Below, one piece after another: positions 29,369 to 39,406 of a stretch of DNA of 64,000 bases. The translations under genes and the position numbers were made by a program. The first letter of the stretch is position 1. Every line of letters begins with the position of its first letter. Origin of the DNA: an uncultured bacterium (lineage in GTDB: Bacteria; Patescibacteriota; Dojkabacteria; SC72); the NCBI GenBank assembly GCA_903906305.1, contig CAIVJR010000007.1:45809-109808 (forward strand), written 5' to 3'. The notes under the pieces are model-generated. The model was not told the origin of the DNA. It saw only the letters and a program-made list of their open reading frames with translations, and did no database searches.

Positions 29369-29886
29369 TGGATAGCGAAATCTTTGGTTTTGTCGAAGAT
29401 ACATCTTTAAAGAATCGAATGATTGCAACACTTGAGCATGTGATTTTTTTAACGACTTTGTTAAAAAGTAAGCAAAGGAAAAAAGCGCAGTCTTATATTT
29501 ATAAAGATTGTATAGTCTACATAGCTTCCTTAATTGAGTGTGTATTAAGATACAAGATTCTTAAAGGTTTTCCAGACGAAAAATTTCCTATTAAGGATAA
29601 AGATTTTAGGGACGTAAAAGAGATACATAGACTATCCCCGGAAGAAAGAATTGTCTGGGGAATAGAAAAAAACAAAGAAATTAAAATCACAGGTGGCACA
29701 GATTTTTGTAAATTAAACGAAATAGCGAAAGATAAACTTATAATTGATTCTTCTACATTTGAAAGTTGTGAGGAAATAAGGAAATGGCGTAATACCATCC
29801 ATATTGTTGATACGGAAGAAAAAGAAATTTTCAATGAAAAAGATTTGGAAAAAGCATCTAGTACTTTGCTAAATCTTTGTAGTTAG
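29368..29886 (+). CDS. HEPN-like protein
   Basis: ASLIECVL helix and RKWRNTIH (RxxRNxxH) motif. Confidence 0.6.
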   Translation: MDSEIFGFVEDTSLKNRMIATLEHVIFLTTLLKSKQRKKAQSYIYKDCIVYIASLIECVLRYKILKGFPDEKFPIKDKDFRDVKEIHRLSPEERIVWGIEKNKEIKITGGTDFCKLNEIAKDKLIIDSSTFESCEEIRKWRNTIHIVDTEEKEIFNEKDLEKASSTLLNLCS

Positions 29887-29909
29887 TAATTTTATTTTTA
29901 TATATTAAA

Positions 29910-30686
29910 ATGGAAAAAAACAAAAAACGGTTACTCATAATCATAGGAATAATCCTCTCCCTCTGTATACTCATCCTTCCCATAATCCTCCTTGTAAGGG
30001 GAACATTCACTATCGTTAAAAACGTATCTTCAGGAAGTAGCAAAACCATAACCAATACAGAAGAAATAGAAAAGAAAGTAGAAGTATCTCAAAATATAGC
30101 CTGGATATCTGGTTTCAGTACAGAAGAAGTAAAAGATACAAAAGAATTAGCCCATGTAAAAATATGGGTAAATGCAAACCTCTTCCATATGGATGCAATA
30201 ACCAGTTACACAATAAAAAATATTAAGGTAGAAGGATACAAGAAAGGAAAAGTAGCAATTGTTAAACCAGGACATATCAGCAATACCCTCACTATGTACG
30301 ACTATGTATGGGGACCATATGATGGCGAAATGAAATCAGCAGAAATCAAAGACAGTGGAAAAACCTTAACCTTTGATGTAGTAGATGTAGCCCACTACTA
30401 TGACGAAGTCTCCAAAGTAGGAACCTCAATGCCAACATGGGGTATCTTCCTAAAGGAATTAGGTGAATACAATTACAGAAAAATAATGGACAATTCAGGA
30501 CTGTTTGATAGTGAGAAGATATTGGAATATGCAGATGTGCAACCCAATGATCTCAATATATCTTTCTCTTTTGATGTAGAGATGGTATTTGAAGATGGAA
30601 CTAAATGGGTAAAAAGATTCTCTGCAGAATTAGATGGTGCAAAGATAGTAGAAAACAACAGCTATATGGTCGATCTTAGTTACTAG
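29910..30686 (+). CDS. Membrane-anchored hypothetical protein
   Basis: N-terminal TM then a soluble beta-rich domain. Confidence 0.65.
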   Translation: MEKNKKRLLIIIGIILSLCILILPIILLVRGTFTIVKNVSSGSSKTITNTEEIEKKVEVSQNIAWISGFSTEEVKDTKELAHVKIWVNANLFHMDAITSYTIKNIKVEGYKKGKVAIVKPGHISNTLTMYDYVWGPYDGEMKSAEIKDSGKTLTFDVVDVAHYYDEVSKVGTSMPTWGIFLKELGEYNYRKIMDNSGLFDSEKILEYADVQPNDLNISFSFDVEMVFEDGTKWVKRFSAELDGAKIVENNSYMVDLSY

Positions 30687-30743
30687 GTTAACAAATGCAT
30701 GGGAATATCGTATAGTTAATAACTAAACTGTACCCTGCCCAAA

Positions 30744-32150
30744 ATGCAAAAAGAATATATTCAGATAGGGAATCCTAATGTCTTTAATGGCCAATATATG
30801 TTGGCTGTATTTAGATTACAAGGAGAGGAAGGAATGACACTTGTAGATACAGCAAGTGAAGTCGCAGCTGAATCATCTACTGGATCATTTGTTAAGATAG
30901 GAACAGCAACTGCTTTTTCAGAAAGCTTAGATGCTTTGGTATATCGAATAGATGAGAAAAATAACCTCGTATGGATAGCATACCCATGGAGAATATTTGA
31001 TAGGGGTGGAAATGTTCAAAACATCATGACCTTCATTGCCGGAAATGTCTTTGGTATGGCAAGTGTAAAGGTGTGTAAAATCCTAGATGTATATTTCCCG
31101 CCACAAATGTTAGTACAGTACGATGGACCAGAATATACCATTGATGATATGAGAAAATATTTAAATATTCAGGAAAGACCAATATTTGGAAGTATCATTA
31201 AACCAAAGATTGGGTTAACCTCTTCGGAATATGCAGAACTCTGCTATGACTTCTGGTCAGGAGGTGGTGATTTTGTTAAAAATGACGAGCCACAAGCAGA
31301 CCAAGACTTTTGCCCATACGACAAGATGGTACAGGATGTAAGACATGCAATGGACAGAGTAGAACAGGAAACAGGTAAAACTAAAGTCCATTCCTTCAAT
31401 ATATCTTCCTCGGATTACGATACCATGATTAAGAAGGCCGACTATATCCAATCTATGATGAAACCAGGAAGCTATGCATTCTTAGTAGATGGTATAACCG
31501 CAGGGTGGATGGCAATACAAACCATTAGAAGAAAATATCCGAATGTATTCCTACACTTCCATAGAGCAGGACATGGAGCATTTACAAGAGATGAAAATCC
31601 AATAGGGTATACAGTTCCCGTATTAACTAAATTTGCTAGACTAGCAGGTGCTTCAGGTATTCATACTGGCACAGCAGGTATCGGAAAGATGGCTGGATCT
31701 CCAAAAGAGGATGTCATGGCTGCAAATCATTCATTAAGATTGTATTCAGAGGGTGATTACTTTAAGCAGATTTGGTCTGAGATTCCAGAGAAGGATGCTG
31801 ATTTACAATTAGCTATACAGAAAGAAGCTCAAGGTGAAGATTACAGCAACCTTGGATATTGGAGAATAACTAAGAAGATGTGCCCAATTATTTCTGGCGG
31901 TCTAAATCCATTACTTGTTGGAGAATTCATAGATACAGTAGGAACTCAAGATTTCATAACTACAATGGGAGCTGGTGTACACTCACATCCAATGGGAACA
32001 AAAGCTGGCGCAACTGCTGTACTACAAGCATATGAGGCATGGAAGCAGAAAATATCTTTGGAAGAATATGCTAAGGACAAGGAAGAACTAAGAGTGGCTA
32101 TAGATTTCTATACCAAGCACGAGGTTCCACATCCTGATAAACAGGTTTAA
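30744..32150 (+). CDS. rbcL: RuBisCO large subunit, form II/III
   Basis: AAESSTG, IKPKIGL, GGDFVKNDE, HFHRAGHG, HTGTAGIGKM, PIISGG; ~30-aa insertion before PIISGG. Confidence 0.92.
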   Translation: MQKEYIQIGNPNVFNGQYMLAVFRLQGEEGMTLVDTASEVAAESSTGSFVKIGTATAFSESLDALVYRIDEKNNLVWIAYPWRIFDRGGNVQNIMTFIAGNVFGMASVKVCKILDVYFPPQMLVQYDGPEYTIDDMRKYLNIQERPIFGSIIKPKIGLTSSEYAELCYDFWSGGGDFVKNDEPQADQDFCPYDKMVQDVRHAMDRVEQETGKTKVHSFNISSSDYDTMIKKADYIQSMMKPGSYAFLVDGITAGWMAIQTIRRKYPNVFLHFHRAGHGAFTRDENPIGYTVPVLTKFARLAGASGIHTGTAGIGKMAGSPKEDVMAANHSLRLYSEGDYFKQIWSEIPEKDADLQLAIQKEAQGEDYSNLGYWRITKKMCPIISGGLNPLLVGEFIDTVGTQDFITTMGAGVHSHPMGTKAGATAVLQAYEAWKQKISLEEYAKDKEELRVAIDFYTKHEVPHPDKQV

Positions 32151-33163
32151 TCAAAAAGTCCTGTAATGGATTTTCTTTGATTTACTCGGCTAATGGCTTC
32201 TGCGAAGTAACTGGCAATTGAGACCTCTTTAAACCATTTTGCAGATTTCATAAATTCTTTGGAATGATATGTACTATCTGTTCCAATCACTAAATCTAAA
32301 TATCCTTTGTCATATGCTTCTTGGAATCTTTCAAAAGCAGGTCCATTGAAAAGCGCGTGTGTACAAACAGCTATAACCTTTTTTGCTCCCATATTCTTTG
32401 TCTCTTCTAATGCTTTTACTAATGTTCCACCAGTACAGATCATATCATCAACAATATATACATCCTTTCCACTTACATCTCCTAGGATAGACATTTTGTC
32501 TACAGTATTTGCTTTGCAATAGTTTCGAGCTTTGTATGTAAATGCAATATCAGTTTTCAAGGTTTGGGCATAGTGATTAGCACGTTTTGCACCTCCTAAA
32601 TCGGTAGGCATGATGACGGTATTTTCTTTGTCTTCAATCATCTTCTTTAATACTGGAATCAATACATATCCTCCCATGAGATTATCTATCTTTGCCCGTC
32701 TAAAGAATCCTTGGATTGCCGAGTTGTGTAAATCTACAGTTACCACATGGTCTACACTTCCATCACCTTCTAGCTCGTATGCTATTCTAGCTGCAGTAAT
32801 CCCCTCTCTTCCTGATTGCTTATCCTGTCTTGCATATGGATATGATGGTAATACCGTGGTTATTCTCTCGGCATCACATCTTCTACACGCATCTACCATG
32901 GTATACAATGCTCTGAGATTTTCATCGGTACTTTTTCCTTCTGAATGGTTCTCACAATCTTGGATAATGAAGACGTCCTTGCCTCTAATACTTTCATTAA
33001 TTATCGTTTTTACTTCTGTACTGGCAAAATGCATCTCTTCTGAATCAATGAGATGTACCTCTTCACCATGCTTTTTCTTTAATTCCTTTTCTATTCTCTT
33101 CGCAAAACTTAATCCAGATGCACAGGCCAATATCGAGAGTGGAGCTTTGGGTGTAGGAGTCAT
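32147..33163 (-). CDS. prs: Ribose-phosphate pyrophosphokinase
   Basis: PYARQDK, VDLH..IQGFF, DLGGAKRA, IVDDMICTGGT. Confidence 0.95.
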   Translation of the reverse strand: MTPTPKAPLSILACASGLSFAKRIEKELKKKHGEEVHLIDSEEMHFASTEVKTIINESIRGKDVFIIQDCENHSEGKSTDENLRALYTMVDACRRCDAERITTVLPSYPYARQDKQSGREGITAARIAYELEGDGSVDHVVTVDLHNSAIQGFFRRAKIDNLMGGYVLIPVLKKMIEDKENTVIMPTDLGGAKRANHYAQTLKTDIAFTYKARNYCKANTVDKMSILGDVSGKDVYIVDDMICTGGTLVKALEETKNMGAKKVIAVCTHALFNGPAFERFQEAYDKGYLDLVIGTDSTYHSKEFMKSAKWFKEVSIASYFAEAISRVNQRKSITGLFD

Positions 33164-33239
33164 AGAAAGGGTTTTTAATTTATTTCTATTTACAGTGTAT
33201 ATCCTAAGTAATATTCTGTAAAATGAATTAATAATTTAT

Positions 33240-33824
33240 ATGGAAAATATTATGTCAAAGACTTTAGAGAACTTAACAAAGGCATTTATTGGGGAGAGTC
33301 AAGCTAGAAACAGATATACCTTTTACTCTAGTATTGCTAGGAAAGAAGGATATATTCAGATATCACAAATATTTGAAATGACTGCTACTCAAGAGAAGGA
33401 ACATGCTAATTGGTTAATGAAGATGATTCAAACATTAAAAGAGGATGTTAATGGCCTCAAAGTTGAAGCTGAAGCAAACTTTACATTGGGTACTACACAA
33501 GAGAATCTTAAAGCTGCTATTGAAGGTGAGATGTATGAGAACAAGGAGATGTATCCTGAGTTTGCTAAGGTTGCTAGAGAAGAGGGATTTGAGGATATTG
33601 CTAAGAGATTGGAATCTATTGCTATTGCTGAGGGTCATCATGCTGAGAGATATTCTAAGCTTCATACTGTATTAACAGATGGTACGATATTTAAAAAAGA
33701 TACCGAGGTTATATGGATTTGTTCTGAGTGTGGTTATGTATCTGTAGGGAAGGAACCTCCTGTAGAATGTCCATCATGTGGCCATGCACAGGGTTTTTAC
33801 TATCTGATGAATGAGGAATATTAG
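33240..33824 (+). CDS. rbr: Rubrerythrin
   Basis: GESQARNRY, EKEHA, EGHH, C-terminal CSECG..CPSC. Confidence 0.93.
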   Translation: MENIMSKTLENLTKAFIGESQARNRYTFYSSIARKEGYIQISQIFEMTATQEKEHANWLMKMIQTLKEDVNGLKVEAEANFTLGTTQENLKAAIEGEMYENKEMYPEFAKVAREEGFEDIAKRLESIAIAEGHHAERYSKLHTVLTDGTIFKKDTEVIWICSECGYVSVGKEPPVECPSCGHAQGFYYLMNEEY

Positions 33825-33928
33825 TATATTTCTATCTGTATTATACTAGAAATAATTTTTGTATACAATATTGACTCAAAATAGGGTTGGATGGTAATAT
33901 TTGCCTTATAACATAAGCCTTTTTAAGT

Positions 33929-35740
33929 ATGAAGAAAGAAAAGGATATTACGTTCGGGGAGTATATAAAAATTTCAAAGTGGGTGCTAAGTATAGGTTTC
34001 AAAATATCACCAAGTAGTGAAATTATTAGATTAGTAGGGCAAATTTTTAATAATCTGGGATTTTTGTTCAATACATATATAATTTCAAAGATAATTGATG
34101 CTTTAGTAAAAGAATCTACATCTACAGATGCTACGATACAAAAACTCTTGCCATATCTCGGAATTTTGTTAGTTGTTAATACAATATTTGTAATAATTGC
34201 GGAATTAAGAGGTTACGCTGACAGAAAGATGAATCAATTATCTTCGCCCTTTTATGAAAAAATGAAGTATGACAAAGTTCGTGAATTAGGACTGCAAACC
34301 TTAGAATTTCCGGATATCGCAAATTTAAAACAAAAAGTCGAGGAATGGTTAGGATTAATTGGGAACATTGATAGCTCAATTGTGAATATTATATCTTTCC
34401 TAATCAGAATCATTGTTTCAGGGGTTGTACTTTATAGTACTGTGCCTATATTGATTCCGATTGTTCTTTTAGCTTCTATTCTTTTTTATTTTAATAAACG
34501 AAAATATTTTAAAATGGAGTTTGATTGGATCAGAAGAGAAGATCACATCTCTGGTAGACGTAAACATTACAAAATATCGTCTGATCTATCAAATGTTAAT
34601 ACAATAGGTGAAATTTCAATAACTGGAGCCCACGATTATCTTGATGCTAAATTTCAAAAGTTTTTTGATTATTATGCCTGGGGATTTCTTAGGATAATTA
34701 AAAAAGAGTATATTGCGGATTTTTTGTTGACCTTATTGAGCAATTTCGTAACGATTTTAGGATATATCCAAGTTTTTGTTATATATTTAGCCAAATCGAT
34801 TACTATTGGTAATGTGACTTTCTATTTAGGTACCATAGATGGGTTCTATTCTGGTATTGAAAGGTTCTTCAGAGAATTTGTCATATATCGAGATAACATG
34901 CTAAAAGTTAAGGACGTATATGCTTTTTTTCAGTTAGAACCAAAAGTTAAGGATGGAGAATATGTACTTCCAAGATTGATTAACCCACCATCGATTGATG
35001 TAAAGAATATTTCTTTTCATTATCCTAATAATAAAATAAAGATATTGAAAGACTTTTCGTTAACAATTAAAGCCGGAGAAAAAATAGCAATTGTCGGGGA
35101 AAATGGCGCGGGGAAATCTACATTGGTGAAATTGTTAGCGCGTGTTTACGATCCTCAAAGCGGAGAAGTTTTGATTAATGAAAGAAATATAAAGGAGATA
35201 AAATTGGATGATTGGTATAAAAACTTGGGAGTACTTTTCCAAGATTTTAACTTCTATGGAGAGCTTGATGCTCAGGAAAATATATATATTGGAAAATCTG
35301 TTAAACCAATGGATCGGGATAGAGTAAAAGAAGCCTCTGTTAATGCGGATGCTTATGATTTCATTCAAAAGTACCCAAAGAAGTTTGAAACTGTAATGAG
35401 TGAGAGGTTTGAAGGAGGAATACAACCAAGTAAAGGGCAACAACAGAAGATAGCTATAGCTAGATTCTTCTACAGAGATGCTCCTGTTGCCATATTTGAT
35501 GAACCTACCTCCGCTATAGATGCAGAATCGGAATACAAGATTTTTAATAAGATATATAAATTCTTTGATAACAAAACTGTTATCATCATTTCCCATAGGT
35601 TCTCTACTGTAAGAAATGCAGACAGAATAGTTGTACTTGACCAAGGAAGAATTGTTGAAGAGGGATCTCATGCAGAGCTTCTAGCTATGGATGGGAAGTA
35701 TGCTCAAGCATTTAAAAAACAAGCCGAAGGATATTTGTAA
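33929..35740 (+). CDS. ABC exporter, fused permease/ATPase
   Basis: TMD then GENGAGKST, signature variant PSKGQQQ, FDEPTS, ISHR. Confidence 0.9.
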   Translation: MKKEKDITFGEYIKISKWVLSIGFKISPSSEIIRLVGQIFNNLGFLFNTYIISKIIDALVKESTSTDATIQKLLPYLGILLVVNTIFVIIAELRGYADRKMNQLSSPFYEKMKYDKVRELGLQTLEFPDIANLKQKVEEWLGLIGNIDSSIVNIISFLIRIIVSGVVLYSTVPILIPIVLLASILFYFNKRKYFKMEFDWIRREDHISGRRKHYKISSDLSNVNTIGEISITGAHDYLDAKFQKFFDYYAWGFLRIIKKEYIADFLLTLLSNFVTILGYIQVFVIYLAKSITIGNVTFYLGTIDGFYSGIERFFREFVIYRDNMLKVKDVYAFFQLEPKVKDGEYVLPRLINPPSIDVKNISFHYPNNKIKILKDFSLTIKAGEKIAIVGENGAGKSTLVKLLARVYDPQSGEVLINERNIKEIKLDDWYKNLGVLFQDFNFYGELDAQENIYIGKSVKPMDRDRVKEASVNADAYDFIQKYPKKFETVMSERFEGGIQPSKGQQQKIAIARFFYRDAPVAIFDEPTSAIDAESEYKIFNKIYKFFDNKTVIIISHRFSTVRNADRIVVLDQGRIVEEGSHAELLAMDGKYAQAFKKQAEGYL

Positions 35741-35799
35741 TTGACCTATCGTTAGTTATCTGTGACAATATACCTATCTAATCTTTAAATATACCTGTA

Positions 35800-36006
35800 A
35801 TGAAAGTATCTATAGACAAGACTAAATGTGCAGTATGTGGATCATGTGTAGCTATATGTCCTGAAGTATTTGAAATGAGAGATGATGGGGTCGTTGATGT
35901 TAAACCTGAGTATCAGGGAGTAGATATTACAGATCCTCAGATACAAGAAAAGGTTAGACAAGCATTTGATGCATGTCCTGCTATGGCAATAGTTATAGAG
36001 GAATAA
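35800..36006 (+). CDS. Monocluster ferredoxin
   Basis: CAVCGSC...CPEVF...ACPAMAI. Confidence 0.9.
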   Translation: MKVSIDKTKCAVCGSCVAICPEVFEMRDDGVVDVKPEYQGVDITDPQIQEKVRQAFDACPAMAIVIEE

Positions 36007-36012
36007 AGAGGG

Positions 36013-36423
36013 ATGGATGATTGTATCTTCTGTAAAATTATAAAAGGAGAGATTCCTTGTTACAAACTCTACGAGAATGATTCTGTTATTGCTTGGTTAG
36101 ATATTCAACCTTTAAGTAAAGGTCATCTCTTAGTTGTTCCTAAAGCACATTACCAAGATATTCATGAGGCATCAGAAGAAACCTTATGCGAGGTTATGAA
36201 GGTAGCTAGAATAATGGCGAACAAGGTTAAAACCGAATTACATCCAGAAGCAATATTGATTAATCAGAATAACGGTGAGAAGGCAGGTCAAACTATTATG
36301 CATTACCATATGCATATCAAACCAATATATGAGGATACCCATTGTAACACTGAAGAAGGACATAGAACGGGTTTTCCAGACGAAGAGATGAAGAAGATAG
36401 AGGAGATCCTAAAAGTAAACTAA
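36013..36423 (+). CDS. HIT family protein
   Basis: DCIFCKI, GQTIMHYHMH. Confidence 0.92.
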   Translation: MDDCIFCKIIKGEIPCYKLYENDSVIAWLDIQPLSKGHLLVVPKAHYQDIHEASEETLCEVMKVARIMANKVKTELHPEAILINQNNGEKAGQTIMHYHMHIKPIYEDTHCNTEEGHRTGFPDEEMKKIEEILKVN

Positions 36424-36797
36424 ACAGATTGATATAGTTTTTGTAACTTCTTATCAAATGTTACTAACTCAGACTTATTCTCTTTTGCTAAGAAAAGTAT
36501 TACAGAATCAATAGCTGTAAATGAATGGGATAAATTTTTAGTAAATTCGATATACCTTTTTAAGTTTGATTCATTTAGACTTGGTGTCTCATCTGCCATT
36601 TTTAGACTTGTCTTAACACTAAAATCACGAAATTCTTTATTCCTTGAAAAGCTCGTAAGCTCTGCAAATACTACTGTGGGAACAGTAATTATAGCGGATC
36701 CAAATTCAGTTGCTATTTCGTTTGCTGCGAAATAATTAGAATCTTTATTGTTTAAGAAAGCACTTAGGAAACTTGTATCAAGCAGATATGTCTTCAT
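36420..36797 (-). CDS. PIN-domain (VapC-like) toxin
   Basis: LLDTSFL, VFAEL, AIDSVI, VTFDKKL. Confidence 0.85.
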   Translation of the reverse strand: MKTYLLDTSFLSAFLNNKDSNYFAANEIATEFGSAIITVPTVVFAELTSFSRNKEFRDFSVKTSLKMADETPSLNESNLKRYIEFTKNLSHSFTAIDSVILFLAKENKSELVTFDKKLQKLYQSV

Positions 36798-37075
36798 ATC
36801 TGTTCTCTCTGTCGCCTTATGAACCCAACACTATCTCTGTATGTTGGGGCAGACATAGAGTATTTCCCAAATCTTTCTATAAAGGAGGGGCGCTTCTGTA
36901 TTGATTTTGTAACTTGTTTCTTTTTTACTGTGTAATCCTTTAAACTAGTCAAAACCGCAATAGGTTCTTTATTTTTTTTGTATCCTAGATATACAATTCC
37001 TCCATCTTTAACAAAAGACAAGGCTTCAGAAGGTTTTTCGTAAAATTCAGTTGTATTGTAAGTTCGTTTTTTCAT
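36794..37075 (-). CDS. Putative antitoxin (Phd/YefM-like N-terminus)
   Basis: YNTTEF..PSEAL..V..G..V....K.PIAVL; ATGA overlap with the PIN gene. Confidence 0.65.
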   Translation of the reverse strand: MKKRTYNTTEFYEKPSEALSFVKDGGIVYLGYKKNKEPIAVLTSLKDYTVKKKQVTKSIQKRPSFIERFGKYSMSAPTYRDSVGFIRRQREQI

Positions 37076-37152
37076 ACTAACAGTATTTTAGTAGTTTGTT
37101 TGTAGCAAATCAATGCGAATAGTGAGTAGAATAATGAATTTGTAATGAAAAA

Positions 37153-38001
37153 CTAGTCTATTCTGAAGAACTGTAATATCTGATCCATATATTCAGTATC
37201 CAAATCAAAGTGAGATTTTCCTTCCAATGTTACTAATGTAATATCTTTTCCTAAATTCTTCATATATGCTACAAAGTTTACGGAGTTTGAATACCCAATA
37301 TTTACATCCTTTGTACCATGCCATATTTGCATATCCACATCTGCCATCTTCTCAGCATCAGCCTTTGTCCATTCATATGTTCTTGTTGTTGGTGCTAGCA
37401 AGGCAATCTTTGCAATATTCTCAGGATATTTAACTGCAAAATGAGTAGTAGGCAAACCACCCATACTAAATCCAATTAAATATATTTTTCCACTAGTAGT
37501 GTAATGTGATTCGATCCATTGTTGAAGAAGTAGCATATCCGCAATGGAAGCTGCATTTCCCCAGTTTTCATCATGTTCATTAGAAGCGGCGAATATGAAG
37601 TTCTGTTCTCTAAAATATTTGCCATATCCTTGTAAGTCAATCATGAATGGGTCATACATATCAGAAATGACTCTTGTATTAGAGCCGTGGCTATACAAAA
37701 TTATTGAGGGAGGGTTAGTTGTATCTATACTTGTAGGAACAGATATATATGCTGTTTGTCCTTCAAACTCACGAACTATTTCGGCATACTTTGGACCTTC
37801 GGGCTCGTATTTGTCAGGATATGGATCTTCATTTTTTTCTTCTTCAGTAACAGGAAGATCTTCACTTTTTGTTTCTGTCTTAGGAGGATTTTTTTCTACC
37901 AATACCTGGTATGCAAGATATGCGGGGAAGGCTAAAAGGAGTAAGAAGACTATAAAGAGTACAATATCACTAATGTGTATTTTTTTCTTTGTATCTTCCA
38001 T
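37153..38001 (-). CDS. Membrane-anchored alpha/beta hydrolase
   Basis: YSHG, GFSMGG, WHGTKD, SHF. Confidence 0.85.
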   Translation of the reverse strand: MEDTKKKIHISDIVLFIVFLLLLAFPAYLAYQVLVEKNPPKTETKSEDLPVTEEEKNEDPYPDKYEPEGPKYAEIVREFEGQTAYISVPTSIDTTNPPSIILYSHGSNTRVISDMYDPFMIDLQGYGKYFREQNFIFAASNEHDENWGNAASIADMLLLQQWIESHYTTSGKIYLIGFSMGGLPTTHFAVKYPENIAKIALLAPTTRTYEWTKADAEKMADVDMQIWHGTKDVNIGYSNSVNFVAYMKNLGKDITLVTLEGKSHFDLDTEYMDQILQFFRID

Positions 38002-38081
38002 ACAATAATTATATGTATTTTCACCCTCCCTGTCTATGAGATGGTATAATATTAATTACTTAAATTTTGGGGCTTAATGAA

Positions 38082-38834
38082 ATGACAGAAACAAAGAAAA
38101 GTGAGACCAAAGAGGTGGTCATAAACCTCGATACATTCGCAATTCCTTTAGCAATAATAATCGCAGGTGTAATAATTGCACTTGGTATATTTTTTGCAAA
38201 CAGGAATGCAGATACTAAAGGTTCTGCAAATACAAATGATACGACTAATACAGATACCACAGGGGATACCTACAAATCAGCTACTACTAAGATAGCTGAT
38301 GGTGCAGTGTTAGGAAATAGGGATAAGGCAAAGGTTGCGATAGTTATGTACAGCGACTATCAGTGTCCATACTGTCAGACTTTTGAGAAGGATACTTTGT
38401 CTGATATTGTAAGTAACTATGTTGATACCGATCAGGCTATATTTGTATTTAGAAACTACCCATTGAGCTTCCACGGTGATATTACATATACCTCTGCATA
38501 TGCAGGAGAGTGTGTGCTTGACCAATTAGGAAGTGAGAAGTTGAGAGAATTCCATAGCAAAACATATTTGGCTAAAGATATGACAGCAGTCAATACCGCG
38601 GCTCAGGAATTAGGTGTTGATATGACTAAGTACAATGCTTGTGTAACCAATCAAACATTCAAGGGTAGAGTAGACGCAGACTTTACAGCAGGACAAGCTG
38701 CAGGAGTCACAGGGACCCCAGGATTTGTTGTTGGTACATTGGATGGTGATGGCAATGTAACAGGTAAGCTCATCGAAGGAGCATATCCATTCGCATCATT
38801 CAAAGCAGTAATTGATGAGATGCTAGCTAAGTAA
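38082..38834 (+). CDS. DsbA-family thioredoxin-fold protein
   Basis: SDYQCPYC, RNYPLSFH, GVTGTPGF, GAYP. Confidence 0.9.
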   Translation: MTETKKSETKEVVINLDTFAIPLAIIIAGVIIALGIFFANRNADTKGSANTNDTTNTDTTGDTYKSATTKIADGAVLGNRDKAKVAIVMYSDYQCPYCQTFEKDTLSDIVSNYVDTDQAIFVFRNYPLSFHGDITYTSAYAGECVLDQLGSEKLREFHSKTYLAKDMTAVNTAAQELGVDMTKYNACVTNQTFKGRVDADFTAGQAAGVTGTPGFVVGTLDGDGNVTGKLIEGAYPFASFKAVIDEMLAK

Positions 38835-38843
38835 AACCCCCTT

Positions 38844-38869
38844 CCAGGACTGACCTAGGTCAGTCCTGG
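38844..38869. repeat. Perfect 26-bp palindrome (REP-like), left of RAYT
   Basis: ccaggactgacctaggtcagtcctgg. Confidence 0.9.
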
Positions 38870-38910
38870 GGTTCATTCAGATTTAATAACCCAGTGCTAC
38901 AATTGGGTTT

Positions 38911-39387
38911 ATGAATAAACTCCAGGTTATCAAACTGTATCGAAGTGAAAACTTTTACCATATATATAACCGAGGCAATAATAAGGCCTTGATTTCTCGT
39001 ACCAATAAAGATTACTTAGCCTTAAGAGGTTTGATGTATAGATTTTCCAAAGAGAATAAATTGTTAGTTGTAAGCTACTGCTTCATGCCAAACCATTTCC
39101 ATATGATTATTAAGCTTAGAGACGATTTAGAGGGTATATCCAAATTCATGCGGGCATACATGACCTCATATGTTATGTACTTCAACAGAAAATACCGAAG
39201 AGTGGGTCATTTATTTCAAGGTCCATTTCAGGCGAGGAGAATTGAAGACGATAGGGATTTGTATAAGGTTATAGAATACATAAAACGAAACCCAATTGAA
39301 GCAGGATTAATCTCGTCTAAAACAGGCCAGAAATATCGATGGTTATTTGTAAAAAGGACATTCGATAGGAGGGGAGGACTGACCTAG
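38911..39387 (+). mobile_element. REP-associated tyrosine (Y1 HUH) transposase, RAYT/TnpA-REP
   Basis: YHIYNRG, YCFMPNHFH (HUH), GHLFQGPF, YIKRNP; palindromes on both sides. Confidence 0.9.
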
Positions 39388-39398
39388 GTCAGTCCTCC
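39373..39398. repeat. Perfect 26-bp palindrome (REP-like), right of RAYT
   Basis: ggaggactgacctaggtcagtcctcc; same 22-bp core as the left copy. Confidence 0.9.
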
Positions 39399-39406
39399 TT
39401 AGGTCG

